Shown here: positions 13,972-25,717 of the stretch, one piece after another
Position numbering within the stretch: position 1 is the first letter of the stretch
Layout: each line of letters begins with the position of its first letter
NCBI RefSeq assembly: GCF_001186125.1
Contig: NW_014040404.1
Span: forward strand, 1 to 52,076
Reading direction: 5' to 3'
DNA from: Sphaeroforma arctica JP610
Lineage: Eukaryota
DNA: 52,076 nucleotides
Program-made: the position numbers and the translations under genes
Notes under the pieces: generated by a model
Seen by the model: only the letters and a program-made list of their open reading frames with translations
The model's database searches: none
Told to the model about the DNA's origin: nothing

Positions 13972-14911
13972 ATTTATGTGAATTGAAATGCCGGACATTA
14001 TTTTTACTGAGAAGTTCAGTGTATAAAATGGACTGTAGAGTGCAGACTGTAAATATTTATTTCAAGTTTTTTAATAAAATCAGACTGTAGTCAAGTAGTC
14101 AGACTGTAAATATAAAGATGTAAAAAATATGCTCATTCCACATTTTTCAGTTGTAGTTGTCATCTCTGGCTCTCTCTCTCTCTCTAGAGCCTCTGCCGGG
14201 CCCCGGTGACGGTCTGCCCTCTCTATCTCACTCTTTAATACTAAATATTCACTATTTAGTAGGGTCTATACTAGATTAGAGAAAGAGTACATATTAGTAG
14301 AGAGAGGGGTGGGGTGGGGGGCAGAGAGACTATTTAGAGAGCTAAAGAGAGGTATGAAAATTGAAATAAATACAGCCCGCGCCCAGCATGGCGGCAGAGG
14401 GCGTGAACTTGTGATTCAGTATTTTTAAATTGAGATTTCAGTTGCGTAATGCGTACTTACCTAAGTGCATTATTTTTTAAATATATTACATATAAACATA
14501 TGAATTTGATATATAATACATGTAATTCTCAAATTTGATTGATTGGATAAGCATCCTATAGCGATTTAATTGGCGGATTTGAAGCTCAGCCTGTTACAAT
14601 TTACAGGACACACTTTTTTGTTTTGTTTTGCTTTTAGAAATTGCTTTTTTTTTTTGTTCCAATTTCGTCAAGATTGTTGTTCACTGCAGAGACGTGCAGA
14701 GGGCAGACTCATACCACAGTCTCTGACATGTCACATTTGTGTATAAATACAATACACAACATAATACCATAATATAAACCCTAAATATTCATGTTACGGA
14801 CTTTAGTCCGTTGTGGTATATTTCCAATTTTTGTCTAGAGGGTCAGGATCGTATTCAACCTTATGAGACAATTGAACATTTCAGGAGAAGGTTATGGCTT
14901 ATGTGTCTATG

Positions 14912-14973
<62 letters not shown>

Positions 14974-16628
14974 CTATATATATATATATATATATATCTA
15001 CAGACTCCTCACTCCTGTATCCACATAATTGCCTCTGACAAAGTAAGGACATCCTCATGTGACTTTCTAACTTATCTGAACCATACGAAAGTATACCGAT
15101 CAGACATTGCGTGTGTGAATAGGAAGCTTGCACGATATCCCTATCAGCGGCCTCCAAGTGAGGGAGCTCATCCTTATCTGAGGATTCAGAAACATTCTTC
15201 TGTAAACGTTCGGTACAATAAAACCATAATTAGTTCTCCGAACCGATATGGTGAGTAGCAACTTTGATCCAGCGCCTTGACCCTTTAATGCTGAACGAAA
15301 GCATAAAAGTTACTTTTCGTCACCACAGGTCACCTTTGTGAATGCCTCCAAGGTCCCGACAGTGGAGAGAATAAATTTACTGTTTACAAACCCGTCACGC
15401 TGCTTTATGGTCGCGAATATATGTTACAATAAATAAATACCAGTTATGCGACATGTTTGACCATCCGACAACATGCACTTTGAATGCTGAAGCCCTTCTT
15501 TTAGAATTTAGACATTAGGCAAACTATTTATTTATAATGAAAGTAGCTTTTTCCTCACCTAAAGGGACTTAATCTCGGACTATAGGTATGCACGTCTGTG
15601 TGACTGTGAACTGTGATGTACGCGTAAATAAAACCTATTCACATTTTCTAAAATACCATACACATAAACGCAGGAATGAAACAGACGGATATGCTATACA
15701 ACTTGTACAAGTGGTGTATACATATGTGTAAATGTCCAATATTTTTATTTTAACAAACGAGAAGACGAAGAGTCAATAGTGTGCCAGTGGGAGTATGGCG
15801 TGCAGTATATCTATATGCCAAACAGTACCAACTAATAATTTCGCGGCATTTGTGCTTTATATTTGTGCCGGTTGCCTTTTGTATTTATTGAGCTGTTGCT
15901 TTTAACTTTTTGTTGATTTTTTTAAATCTCCCTGTGTCCATCGGTCAGTCCTTGAGGCATAATTCCTTTTCTAATGGATGAGCTATCGCCATATTTAATT
16001 GTTTTCAAGAAAACCAAATGTGTATCATTTTTTTAGCCTCATTGTGTTTAATTTTCAGAAGGCTATGCATTGTAGAGTCATTTTAGGATTATTATTTTTT
16101 AAATTATCACCAAAAATAATATATATATATAAATATCAAACAGCTGCCTGCTGTCCAGAGTCTCCAGAGTCCAGACTCCCTAGAGACTATAGAGAGTCCA
16201 GACTCCAGTGTCCCAGACCAGCAGACTCCGTATCACTCTGTCATTTTAAAAAAAGCGAAAGTGCGGTACCTACAGATTAATTATTGCATGTAAGCAAAAT
16301 ATCATTTCATTGGTGCTCAGGAGTGATATGAAAAATTAACTACAACAGAGTACATAGCCTCACAGAGATGACAAGAGAATCAAGATTGTTTCTGATGTCT
16401 GACATCATTTGGCTGCCTTCCCATTGGTGTTACATCTGTCTAAAGGTTTGTAATATCTGTGGCATTGCCAAATTTGAACCCCTTCCCTGACTTCATTTCC
16501 TACTACACAACAAGTCGGCATCGTCGATATTTATCTATTTATGCATAGCCTTCTAAATCAAACATGATTTATGAGTGGAACTCGACAGCAACTCGGTTCT
16601 CGAAATTTATATTTATATCGCCGCGAGT

Positions 16629-17223
16629 ATGTTGAGGGCATCAGTTAAAACATTAAGAATCATAGAACATAGGTTGCGAAGCAGCGCAATCAATACGCAT
16701 TGTTCTCATACCCGTTTTCAATCATCAAGTAATATATTTCCTTCAGCAACACGCACACATCAACAGAATATGACATTATACACTAAAATAGTATCCTCAA
16801 TGGGCAGCAAAACCTCTATGGTGGCTAAGGACAACGCCATCAAGGGTCGCGTTGAGAAAATGCTTATCGAAGGCAAGCACACAATTTTCGGCACACAGAC
16901 AGACGGCACGTTCGAAGGCATGGAGGAGTTCCAGGCTGGCATGGGCTGCTTCTGGGGCGCTGAACAGAGGGTAAGTGCATATTTTTAGCAATATGTTGAA
17001 CTGAATGGGTCCATTGTTTCACTATGATAGGATGCTACCATTTTAGTGTGGTTGTATAACTAATACCTACTGACATTTACATGAACTGCCATTTGTGGTT
17101 TTGATTATTCCGTGCGGAGATACGTCAGTCTGACGTAGTTCTATATCTTTCCACTTGCACTTTTGGAATTTTTACTGTGAATGTGCACGGACTAGATTGA
17201 TATAAATTTTCCAACAGGCTAAA

Positions 17224-17254
<31 letters not shown>

Positions 17255-19105
17255 TTATGGTACACATACAATCATATGTGTGTATAGTACCCACATCTAG
17301 GTTAATCTTATGATATCTGCAACGAGTGTAATGTGTTGTTATTGCATAGTTGGAATCAGATACGTCTAGTTGCTTTATGACTTGGATATCTAACAATTTG
17401 TGGTGTATTTGAAGTATCCGGGCATTGTTATATTTTTTCTCATCTGTTTACGACTTAACATCGCATGGATGTATATTCGTCCTAAGAGGTTTTATGCTAC
17501 ATTCCATCTGGATTCAATGACGATCGCAGCTAAGATCAAATTGTTCGGTTTGTTTCGGAACGCACTTCACTCGACTGATATGAAATGCACATGCTTATTA
17601 AGCAATGTGTACATTATGGAATCTGAGTTTCCCTGCGAGTAATTCAGGTTTTCTACAATTTACTCGCATCTTAATACGTATTTGCATATAGTTTATTACA
17701 CTTGCCTTGGTAAACATGCAATTGCTCGCATACATTTTGCTGCCCCGGATAAACTAAGCTTTTTTACAGTACACCCAAATATTTGTTTGTACCCGCATAC
17801 TCACAAAACAAACATTGTTCATTACATTTTTTATCATATTTGCCGCCATCAACATGCATAGACTCACATATGACTTGCTTCCTACTCGTACAGTACTGGG
17901 AACAGCCGGGTGTAGTACACACGGCAGTGGGTTATTCTGGTGGCTACACTGAGAACCCTACATACGAAGAGACATGCACTGCACAGACAGGACACACCGA
18001 GTGTGTGCGAGTGGTATACGACCCCAAGAAAACCAATCTACAGGCATTATTGAAAGTGGTAAGTCCAACTGTTTGCTTGTATTGATTGTGCTAAAGTAGT
18101 GTACGCTTTGTGACATGCGACTTCTGTGGGCGGATATGCACATTCTGAAAGATTATGTCGATTTTACATTGGTTATGCGCATTAGGTATATGCCTGATAC
18201 AGTTTGCTTGTATTAAAGCTGATTTCCTTTGAAGCTCGCATGTGCAGAACAACGTCTCGTGATGGATACGTCAATGCTGCATGTTTAGTTTGCGTTGCGT
18301 CAATCCTACCACCGTAGCACCACTGGGGTATTTTGGTATAAAGATAATGTCAGCACTAATCTTCTTGTTTGCGCCTACATATCACCTTCACCTCTCATGA
18401 GTCGCTTTCATTGTCAGCGCTTATCTGCATGTATACCCCTATCCCGCCACTATGTTCTTTTTGGTTGGGTTAGTTATGAGCCTTAATTTAACAATCTACA
18501 CTTTCCTCCACTATCAGTTCTGGGAATCACACGACCCCACACAGCAGAACAGACAGGGAAATGATGTAGGAACGCAGTACAGATCGGCTCTCTATTTGGA
18601 AACGGACGAGCAGTATCAAATTGCTAAGAAGTATGTTTACTGTGCATTATTCAAAGAGGAACAATAAACACGTGGCTTTTTTTTTTTTGAACGGTTGTAT
18701 GTGCAGGCATGAATTAGGCTTCTCTTTCATTTGGGTATATATGTTCATGCCTTTATTTGTTCGCTGTGTAAGCTCTATTTCGCATACGTGTAGTTAATAG
18801 TATCAATACAACTACTTTAGGAAGAAGAAAAATCACGCATAGTATCTGCACTTTGTAAACTATCTTATCGCACTATTTTCTGACACACCCGTGCACTTAC
18901 TCTTCATCGATTTTGTAGGTCAAGAGATGCTTATCAAGCGGCCCTGACAAAGGAAGGAAAAGGTCATATCTCTACTGATTTAAGGGAAGGACCCGCACCA
19001 GTATTTTACTATGCAGAGGACTATCATCAACAGTATTTGGACAAGAACAAGGGTGGCTATTGCGGTCTGAAGGGTACAGGCGTACAATGTGCGCGAGGAG
19101 AATAA
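16629..19105 (+). CDS. msrA: Peptide methionine sulfoxide reductase A, copy 1, with mitochondrial-like leader
   Basis: Exons 16629-16970, 17894-18058, 18518-18630, 18919-19105. Motifs [62 protein letters not shown]-rich, acid-poor N-terminus. Confidence 0.96.
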
Positions 19106-19149
19106 TCAAAGATATATAAATAAATGATTGCCAAATAGAATGTACAACT

Positions 19150-19640
19150 ATTTTTATAGGTGACTGCCACCAACTGTGCTTGAACAAAATAAGAATTGTT
19201 TTTGTGAATTGTAGCACAGAGAGTTCCGACAATGCTGCATCGGACGTAAACATTATTTTATAGGTGGTTATTGTGATCTATATAGGTTACAGGAATCGAA
19301 TGTGCTAGAGACCCATTAGCCAGAGATAAAGCACCAACATTCTTTAGACAGAACAAGAGGATATTTATATTGTGATCTGAAGGTTACATGCGTATCAGGG
19401 GAGGCATAAATAAAAGGTTACTAAATCAGACGTATGAACTATATGATATCTTTTTTAATAGATTGAAAAATTGACTCTAGTTATTGACGCTCTTATATTT
19501 GTAAGTTCATTTAAAACTGTAAGTCGATACGGTTCTTGTATACGTCAGAAGTATGGACACTCGTCTCACAATATAGCTGAGCACATTTCTTTATGTCTCC
19601 GCAATCTCTGGACCACTGACAGCATTCCTTGTTCTTGAAC
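19150..19640. repeat. Degenerate copies of the MsrA terminal-exon segment downstream of copy 1, including one inverted copy
   Basis: Units near 19160, 19260 and 19330 resemble catcaacagtatttggacaagaacaagggtggctattgcggtctgaagggtacagg. An inverted unit lies at ~19607-19640. Confidence 0.7.
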
Positions 19641-21834
19641 ATGGGCTTTATATGGGTATGTTCGTGGATGGATATGGTAGAGCAAATAGACGGGTATGTT
19701 GTTGTTATATACTTATTTTCGCGACCATTTTCGCGACCAAGAACATATACCTTTTTCGTTGTTTGTCGATTTCCCCGACACAACGTGTAGTACGCGGTAT
19801 ATCCAAGTACCCTGATACCACAAAAGCCAGAACACACCAGTCACTACTCACATCATGGAAGCCATGTTTCGTTCGTAGTTGTAAAAAATAAAGAATGGGC
19901 AGTTGGCACCTGAGCCATGTCTATACTGTATTAAAAAAACAATAATACTAGATATGCACATAGCAAATTCATAGTCTTATACAGCCGACGGTTCCTGAGT
20001 CCCTGACTGCCTGAGACTGCCTGACTATTTCCAATGATTGTTATTATATATAAAAAAAAACTACAACATCATTCAGGAATCACAAATCAGGAATCAGGAC
20101 TCACTGCTGGCTGCTGTGCAGTCGTCAATATGAGTCTGTAAGAGTGTGAAGTTGTGAACCTGTGTGTGATGTCACTGACCGTTGTGTAGTGCTATTTGTT
20201 TACATATGACTCACCGCCTGTAGGCCGTGGCTGTGAGTCTATGACGGTGAGTTGTCAGTTGTGACTCGGTGTGATGGCTGATGAGAGACCGTAAGTAACA
20301 GTGTGACACTGTGTCAGACTGTCACTGACTGACTGTGTGACAACTGAGTCGCTAACTGATGAGTATGAAAATAGTCAAAATAGGAATACCCAGACACCCC
20401 AAGTACTTGAATACCTGGACATGTGTACATAGTATTTACTATTTAGGTACAAATTTACGTAGCTGCTATGTGTTTTGTAGTGTGCATTTATTTACATTAG
20501 TTTTATAATTTGTATATGCATAAAAAAGAAAAAAGAAACGAGAGGGCGAAGACTCGGAGTCCGGAGAGTGTGTCAGTGGAAGTATCCGAGTATGGCATAC
20601 ATAGTATTGAGTGTACACTCTATACAGTACCAACTATTTTTTTCGCGGCAGATGTACCGTTCAAAATAGCGCTTCCGTGAGGCATATTATTTCATTTCCA
20701 ATGGTTGGTGAAGCCGCCATATATATTTTCAACAAAAATATGATATTGTGATATTTTTGATTTTAATTAATCAATAAATAAATACAGACAATTTTATATA
20801 GACAGTATATAACTATTTATTTGTAAATAATTTGTATGACTTTATGTACTATTTTTTATTTGTTTTACTTAAAAAAAACATATTTACTTTTAGACTTTAC
20901 TAAATACCACCACTGATGAGTGACTGACACAGGGCAAAGGCCCGTAATTAAAACATTCCACTCCATCAGTCACACATATTATTTATTATTTATTATAAAT
21001 GTAGTACATCTCATCTTATTATTTCTTTTGATTTTAAAAAACACAAAGTATTTTGTAAAATTTAGGAGGCTATGAATATATATTTTTTAAATTTCTATAC
21101 ATATTTAATGAAAATCGAGATTGCCAGGTGTTTTCCACATGCTAAAATAAAACCCAAATTTGCAATATATATTGGCTTATTTCAAATTGCGATATATTCC
21201 ACATGGCGTACTCGGGTTGAATTAGTCTAAATATAACCCCAGTTTGAATTTCACTTTTTTGGGAGCCATATTTCATATTTTATACCAAGTTTAATACTAG
21301 AGTTTAGGACACAAAATGAACATATTTAAAAAATATATTGCCTAAAATGCTACAATTCGGTATTCTTTTCCCATAATAATTAATATAAGAGTATTGAGTA
21401 CCAAAGTGGCCAGGCTATTTACTCCGACTTCCGTATCCCGGTTTCCGGTAGCCTGTAGGCCGGTACCTTTTGATCAAAATATCGTTTCATTGGCACTCAG
21501 AAATGATATGAAAAATAATATTTATGATGACAACTGACAAGATTGCTTTTTGGCTGCATTCTCATTGGTATTGCATCTGTCTAAAAGTTAAATACTTATG
21601 GCAGTTACCAAATTTGAAATTTGAACCGAGAGTCCGAGAAATCGACCTGTAAATCGATATTTTATCTATTATGTGTGTGGAACTGTGGATTGTAGACCTC
21701 AACAGCCACTCGGTTCTCGAAATTTGTATTTATATCACTGTGAGTACGTTGAGGGTTTCAGATAAAACATTGTAAAGAACCATATAACATATCTTGCGAA
21801 GCAGCGCGATCGTCAGCCACAAGTACACATCAAC

Positions 21835-23828
21835 ATGACTTCTAAAATAGTATCCGCAATGAACAGCAAAGCCATCAATAATCCCGTTCAGAAATCCCCG
21901 ATTCAAGAAAAGCACTCAATTTTCGGCACACAGATTGATGGCACGTTCGAAGGCATGGAGGAGTTCCAGGTTGGCATGGGCTGCTTCTGGGGCGCTGAAC
22001 AGAGGGTAAGTGTATAAATATTCGCGCTTTGTTGACCTGAATGGGTTCATTGTTCCACTGTGATAGAATACTAAATCTTGCTGTCCTCGTACAATGTCTC
22101 AGAATTACTGGCTATTGTGTTTTAGTTTAGCAGATCCCTGTGTGTGATGCCAGGAAAAAATATTGTGCATACCGAACAGAACTGAAACTTGGCGCGTATA
22201 TTCACACACCTACAATCACTGTAGACGCAAGTAAACTAAGCCTTTCTACAGTATAACCACATCTTTGTTAATAACTGCATACTGACAAACATGCTTCATT
22301 GCACTTTGATCACGCTTCCCACCATCAACATACCTGGACTCACCAAATTTGACTCGATTCTTACTCGTACAGTACTGGGGACAGTCGGGCGTAGTACACA
22401 CAGCAGTGGGTTATTCAGGTGGCCATACAGAGAACTCTACGAACGGAGAGGCTAGCGATGTAGAGACAGGACGCGCAGAGTGTGTACGAGTAGTATATGA
22501 CCCCAAGAAAACCGATTTTCAGTCATTGTTGAAAGTGGTAAGCTCAAATTTTTGCTTGTATTTGTCGTACTACCAAGTGGTGTACGCTTTGTGGCATGCG
22601 GGTTCTGTGGATGGATATGCGTGTCCCGATTGGCACATTGTGTATGCGCATTAATTACATGTCTGATACAGTCTGCTTGCAGTAGAGTTACTTTCCTCCG
22701 ATGCTCGCATGTAAAGAACAACGTCTCGTGAAGAATGCGTAGTTGCTGTATGTTTAGTGTGCGTGGCGTCAGTCCTACCACCGTAGCACCACCGGGATAT
22801 TTTGGTATAAAAAGTAATGTCAGCACAAATCTTCTTGTTTGTGCCTACATATCACCAGCCCTCGTGCGTTGCTCTCATTGTGAGCACTAATTCGTACGAC
22901 TATTCGCTCCATCCCGAGTTGCTGTATTTTTAGTGTGCGTGGCGNNNNNNNNNNNNNNNNNNNNCTATTCGCTCCATCCCGAGTTGCTGTATTTTTAGTG
23001 TGCGTGGCGTCAGTCCTACCACCGTAGCCCCATCGGGATATTTTGGTATAAAAAGTATTGTCAGCACAAATCTTCTTGTTTGTGCCTACATATCACCAGC
23101 TCTTGTGCATTGCTCTCATTGTGAGCACTAATTCGTACAACTATTCGCTCCATCACGCCACTATGTATTTTTTAGTTGGTTGTTGTGAGCCCTAATTTAA
23201 CAATCTACACTTTCCTCCACTATCAGTTCTGGGAATCACACGACCCCACACAGCAGAACAGACAGGGAAATGATGTAGGAACGCAGTACAGATCGGCTCT
23301 CTATTTGGAAACGGACGAGCAGTATCAAATTGCCAAGAAGTATGTTTATTGTGCATCACCAAAAGTGGAACAAAGAACACGTGATTTTCCAAAAGTTTGT
23401 ATGAGCGAGTATGAATTAGACTCCTTCCCTTTAATATTTGGATATACATATTCATGCCACTGCCTACACTTACTTACTTTCTTAAGGAGTATGCCATACT
23501 GTACATACTTATAGTCACTATACAATAACATTCAAAAATACTAATTGTGCGTTGTGTGTATATATTTGTGCACTCTAATAACAATTGTATCATACTGTTT
23601 TCTGACGCATCTATTGTACTTGCTCTTCGTTGATTCTTCAGGTCAAGAGATACTTATAAAGAGGCCCTAACACAGGCAGGCAAGGGTCATATCTCTACTG
23701 ATTTAAGGGAGGGACCTGCACCCAAATTTTTCTATGCAGAGGACTTTCATCAACAGTATTTGGACAAGAACAGTGGTGGCTCTTGTAGTCTGAAGGGTAC
23801 AGGTGTACAATGTGCGCGAGGAGAATAA
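21835..23828 (+). CDS. msrA: Peptide methionine sulfoxide reductase A, copy 2: diverged, no leader, NPTY motif lost
   Basis: Exons 21835-22005, 22373-22537, 23227-23339, 23642-23828 with an intact frame. GCFWG and both C-terminal Cys are kept; NPTYEETC is changed to NSTNGEAS and GHTE to GRAE. Confidence 0.92.
22735..23165. repeat. Intronic tandem duplication (~200 bp units) spanning an N-gap
   Basis: agttgctgta...gtgtgcgtggcgtcagtcctaccaccgtagc...ctattcgctccatc is repeated on both sides of the gap at 22945-22964. May be partly an assembly artefact. Confidence 0.7.
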
Positions 23829-23869
23829 TTCGACAGATAAAATAAATAAATGCTATATACTATTTTATA

Positions 23870-24405
23870 GATGACTACCTTCAACAATGATTGAACAAGA
23901 ATAATGGTGGCTTTTCTGGTCTGAAGCGTACAGGGTTTTAGATTAGACAGAGATAAATAATGCTACATCGGACGTTAAGTAATATCTTATAGTTGACTAC
24001 CACCTACATTCTTTGGATAAGAACAAACATTGATATTGTGATGTGAATTGTATTAGCCAGAGATACAGCACCAAAATTCTTTTGACAGAAACAAACATTG
24101 TTATTATGATATAAATAGTACAGGCGTCAAACGTATGGGAGAGAAAATAGGCAGAGACAAATAAAAGCTCTCTAAATAGATTGTGTGTACTATTTCATAT
24201 CTGACAACTACTAGCATTCTTTGGACAAGAACAAGACGATATATTGTAGTCTGAAGGGTACACGCGGAGAGTCCGGTCAGAACTAGAAGTCGATACGGAT
24301 CTTGTATATGTCAGAAGCGTGGGCACTCTTCTGACAATATGACATGGTACACTTTTTTAGGTCTCCGCATTATCCAGACCACTGGTAGCATTCCTTGTTC
24401 TTGTG
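23870..24405. repeat. Degenerate copies of the MsrA terminal-exon segment downstream of copy 2, including one inverted copy
   Basis: Units near 23872, 23995, 24068 and 24203 (e.g. ttggacaagaacaagacgatatattgtagtctgaagggtaca). An inverted unit lies at ~24372-24405. Confidence 0.75.
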
Positions 24406-25717
24406 GATGGATCCACTGGGGGACAGGGCACAAAATTAAATAACAATGCATGAGTATAGCCTTTTGTGTATATTTCAGAAGGCTCGGCATTAGAAATAGT
24501 ATTGATTCTAGAGCAGGAACCAGAGTCACCAGACCGCCAGGGAGGCTGGAAATTAAGAGTATTGATACCAGTATTTAGTTTTAAACTTGTGGTTTCTTTT
24601 TTAGCCTTTTGTTGGCCTGCTATGGTGCCAGTTTATTTAGTATTTTATACCCCCGGGCCCAGGCGCAGAGCCGCCCAGCTCTGCGCCTGTCTGCCGTATT
24701 CCAACAATAATATTCGAGTTCGAGAAGTTTGAGATTTGTTCATTGTTGAGCCTTTGACGTGGACAGGTGCCACACATCGTGCCTGGTACATAAACGGCAC
24801 AATATTTTCTAGTAGAAGTCATGTCTCGACAGTATTTAGCTATTTTCTAGAGGTGTCAAGTATCTACATATACGTCTGAAAATAATTCTAAAACACCGTA
24901 TCGTTACTCGTTCCCTATGTATGTTTACAAATACCAAAACGGTCGTAGTATCAATATTCTGAATGTTCACAAATACACACATCATGGGTGACGGGATTTC
25001 GCATAGCCTTCTGAAATGCAACGGAGGGCTATGGATTTCGATTTCATTATCTTGTTACGATTAATTTAGTGAAATAGATGAATGCACGGTCTGACCGCAG
25101 GGCAAGCAATCAGCTACAACCAATTAATTTTAGCTCTCAGTGCAACGCTTATTATCGTTGATTAAGCTGTAAGAGCTTCAGTATGAAGAGCGAGAAAGGG
25201 CAGATTGTTCGAAAATCTGGAACAGCTCGTGACAGACATGACTGCTCGACAGTGCTCTACAGAAAACTCAAGTTTAGTCCGCATTGCGAAATTAACTACA
25301 CAACGGCAATACAACCCGCTTATGTGCTAAAAATATATCCAACATCAAACACAAAACCAATATCAATGTACTATCGTTTCAGAATGCAGGCAGCGAAAGT
25401 CGAATTGGGGGCGTGACCGATCGGAAAATATATGAAATCGCCAAGTCTCAGTATCGGACTGACGTTATTTATTTACATCCGGGTTATGCGTGTCTGGACT
25501 CTGTCCAACTAATACCGGGCTCTTCCACACGTGTGTCATTGCATGTATGTGTGTTGGAGCTTTGCTAGAGTATGGCATAATGCATCTATTACAGTATCCA
25601 GCCATCTTATATTCCATACACGCACAGGTAGATCCCAAACACTCTTTCTAAATCATTGACATGACATGTTCAACAACACATCATCTCCCATATTATAACA
25701 GCCAAGCTTCTATTCCC

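Larger units (their letters stand above)
15700..24410 (+). repeat. Tandem segmental duplication: ~15700-19650 and ~20450-24410
   Basis: Colinear similarity in upstream DNA (15755-15850 vs 20535-20650; 16295-16480 vs 21475-21625), exons, most intron sequence (intron 1 aligns only at its ends) and downstream DNA (19520-19640 vs 24287-24404). Boundaries are approximate. Confidence 0.9.

Noticed and set aside
16940..16960. Selenoprotein MsrA
   Set aside because: The catalytic codon is TGC (Cys) in both copies; there is no in-frame TGA.
21118..21416. Possible MITE insertion upstream of MsrA copy 2 (gattgccag...gtggccagg)
   Set aside because: Terminal inverted repeats are too weak and no target-site duplication is visible; it is only an unaligned AT-rich block.
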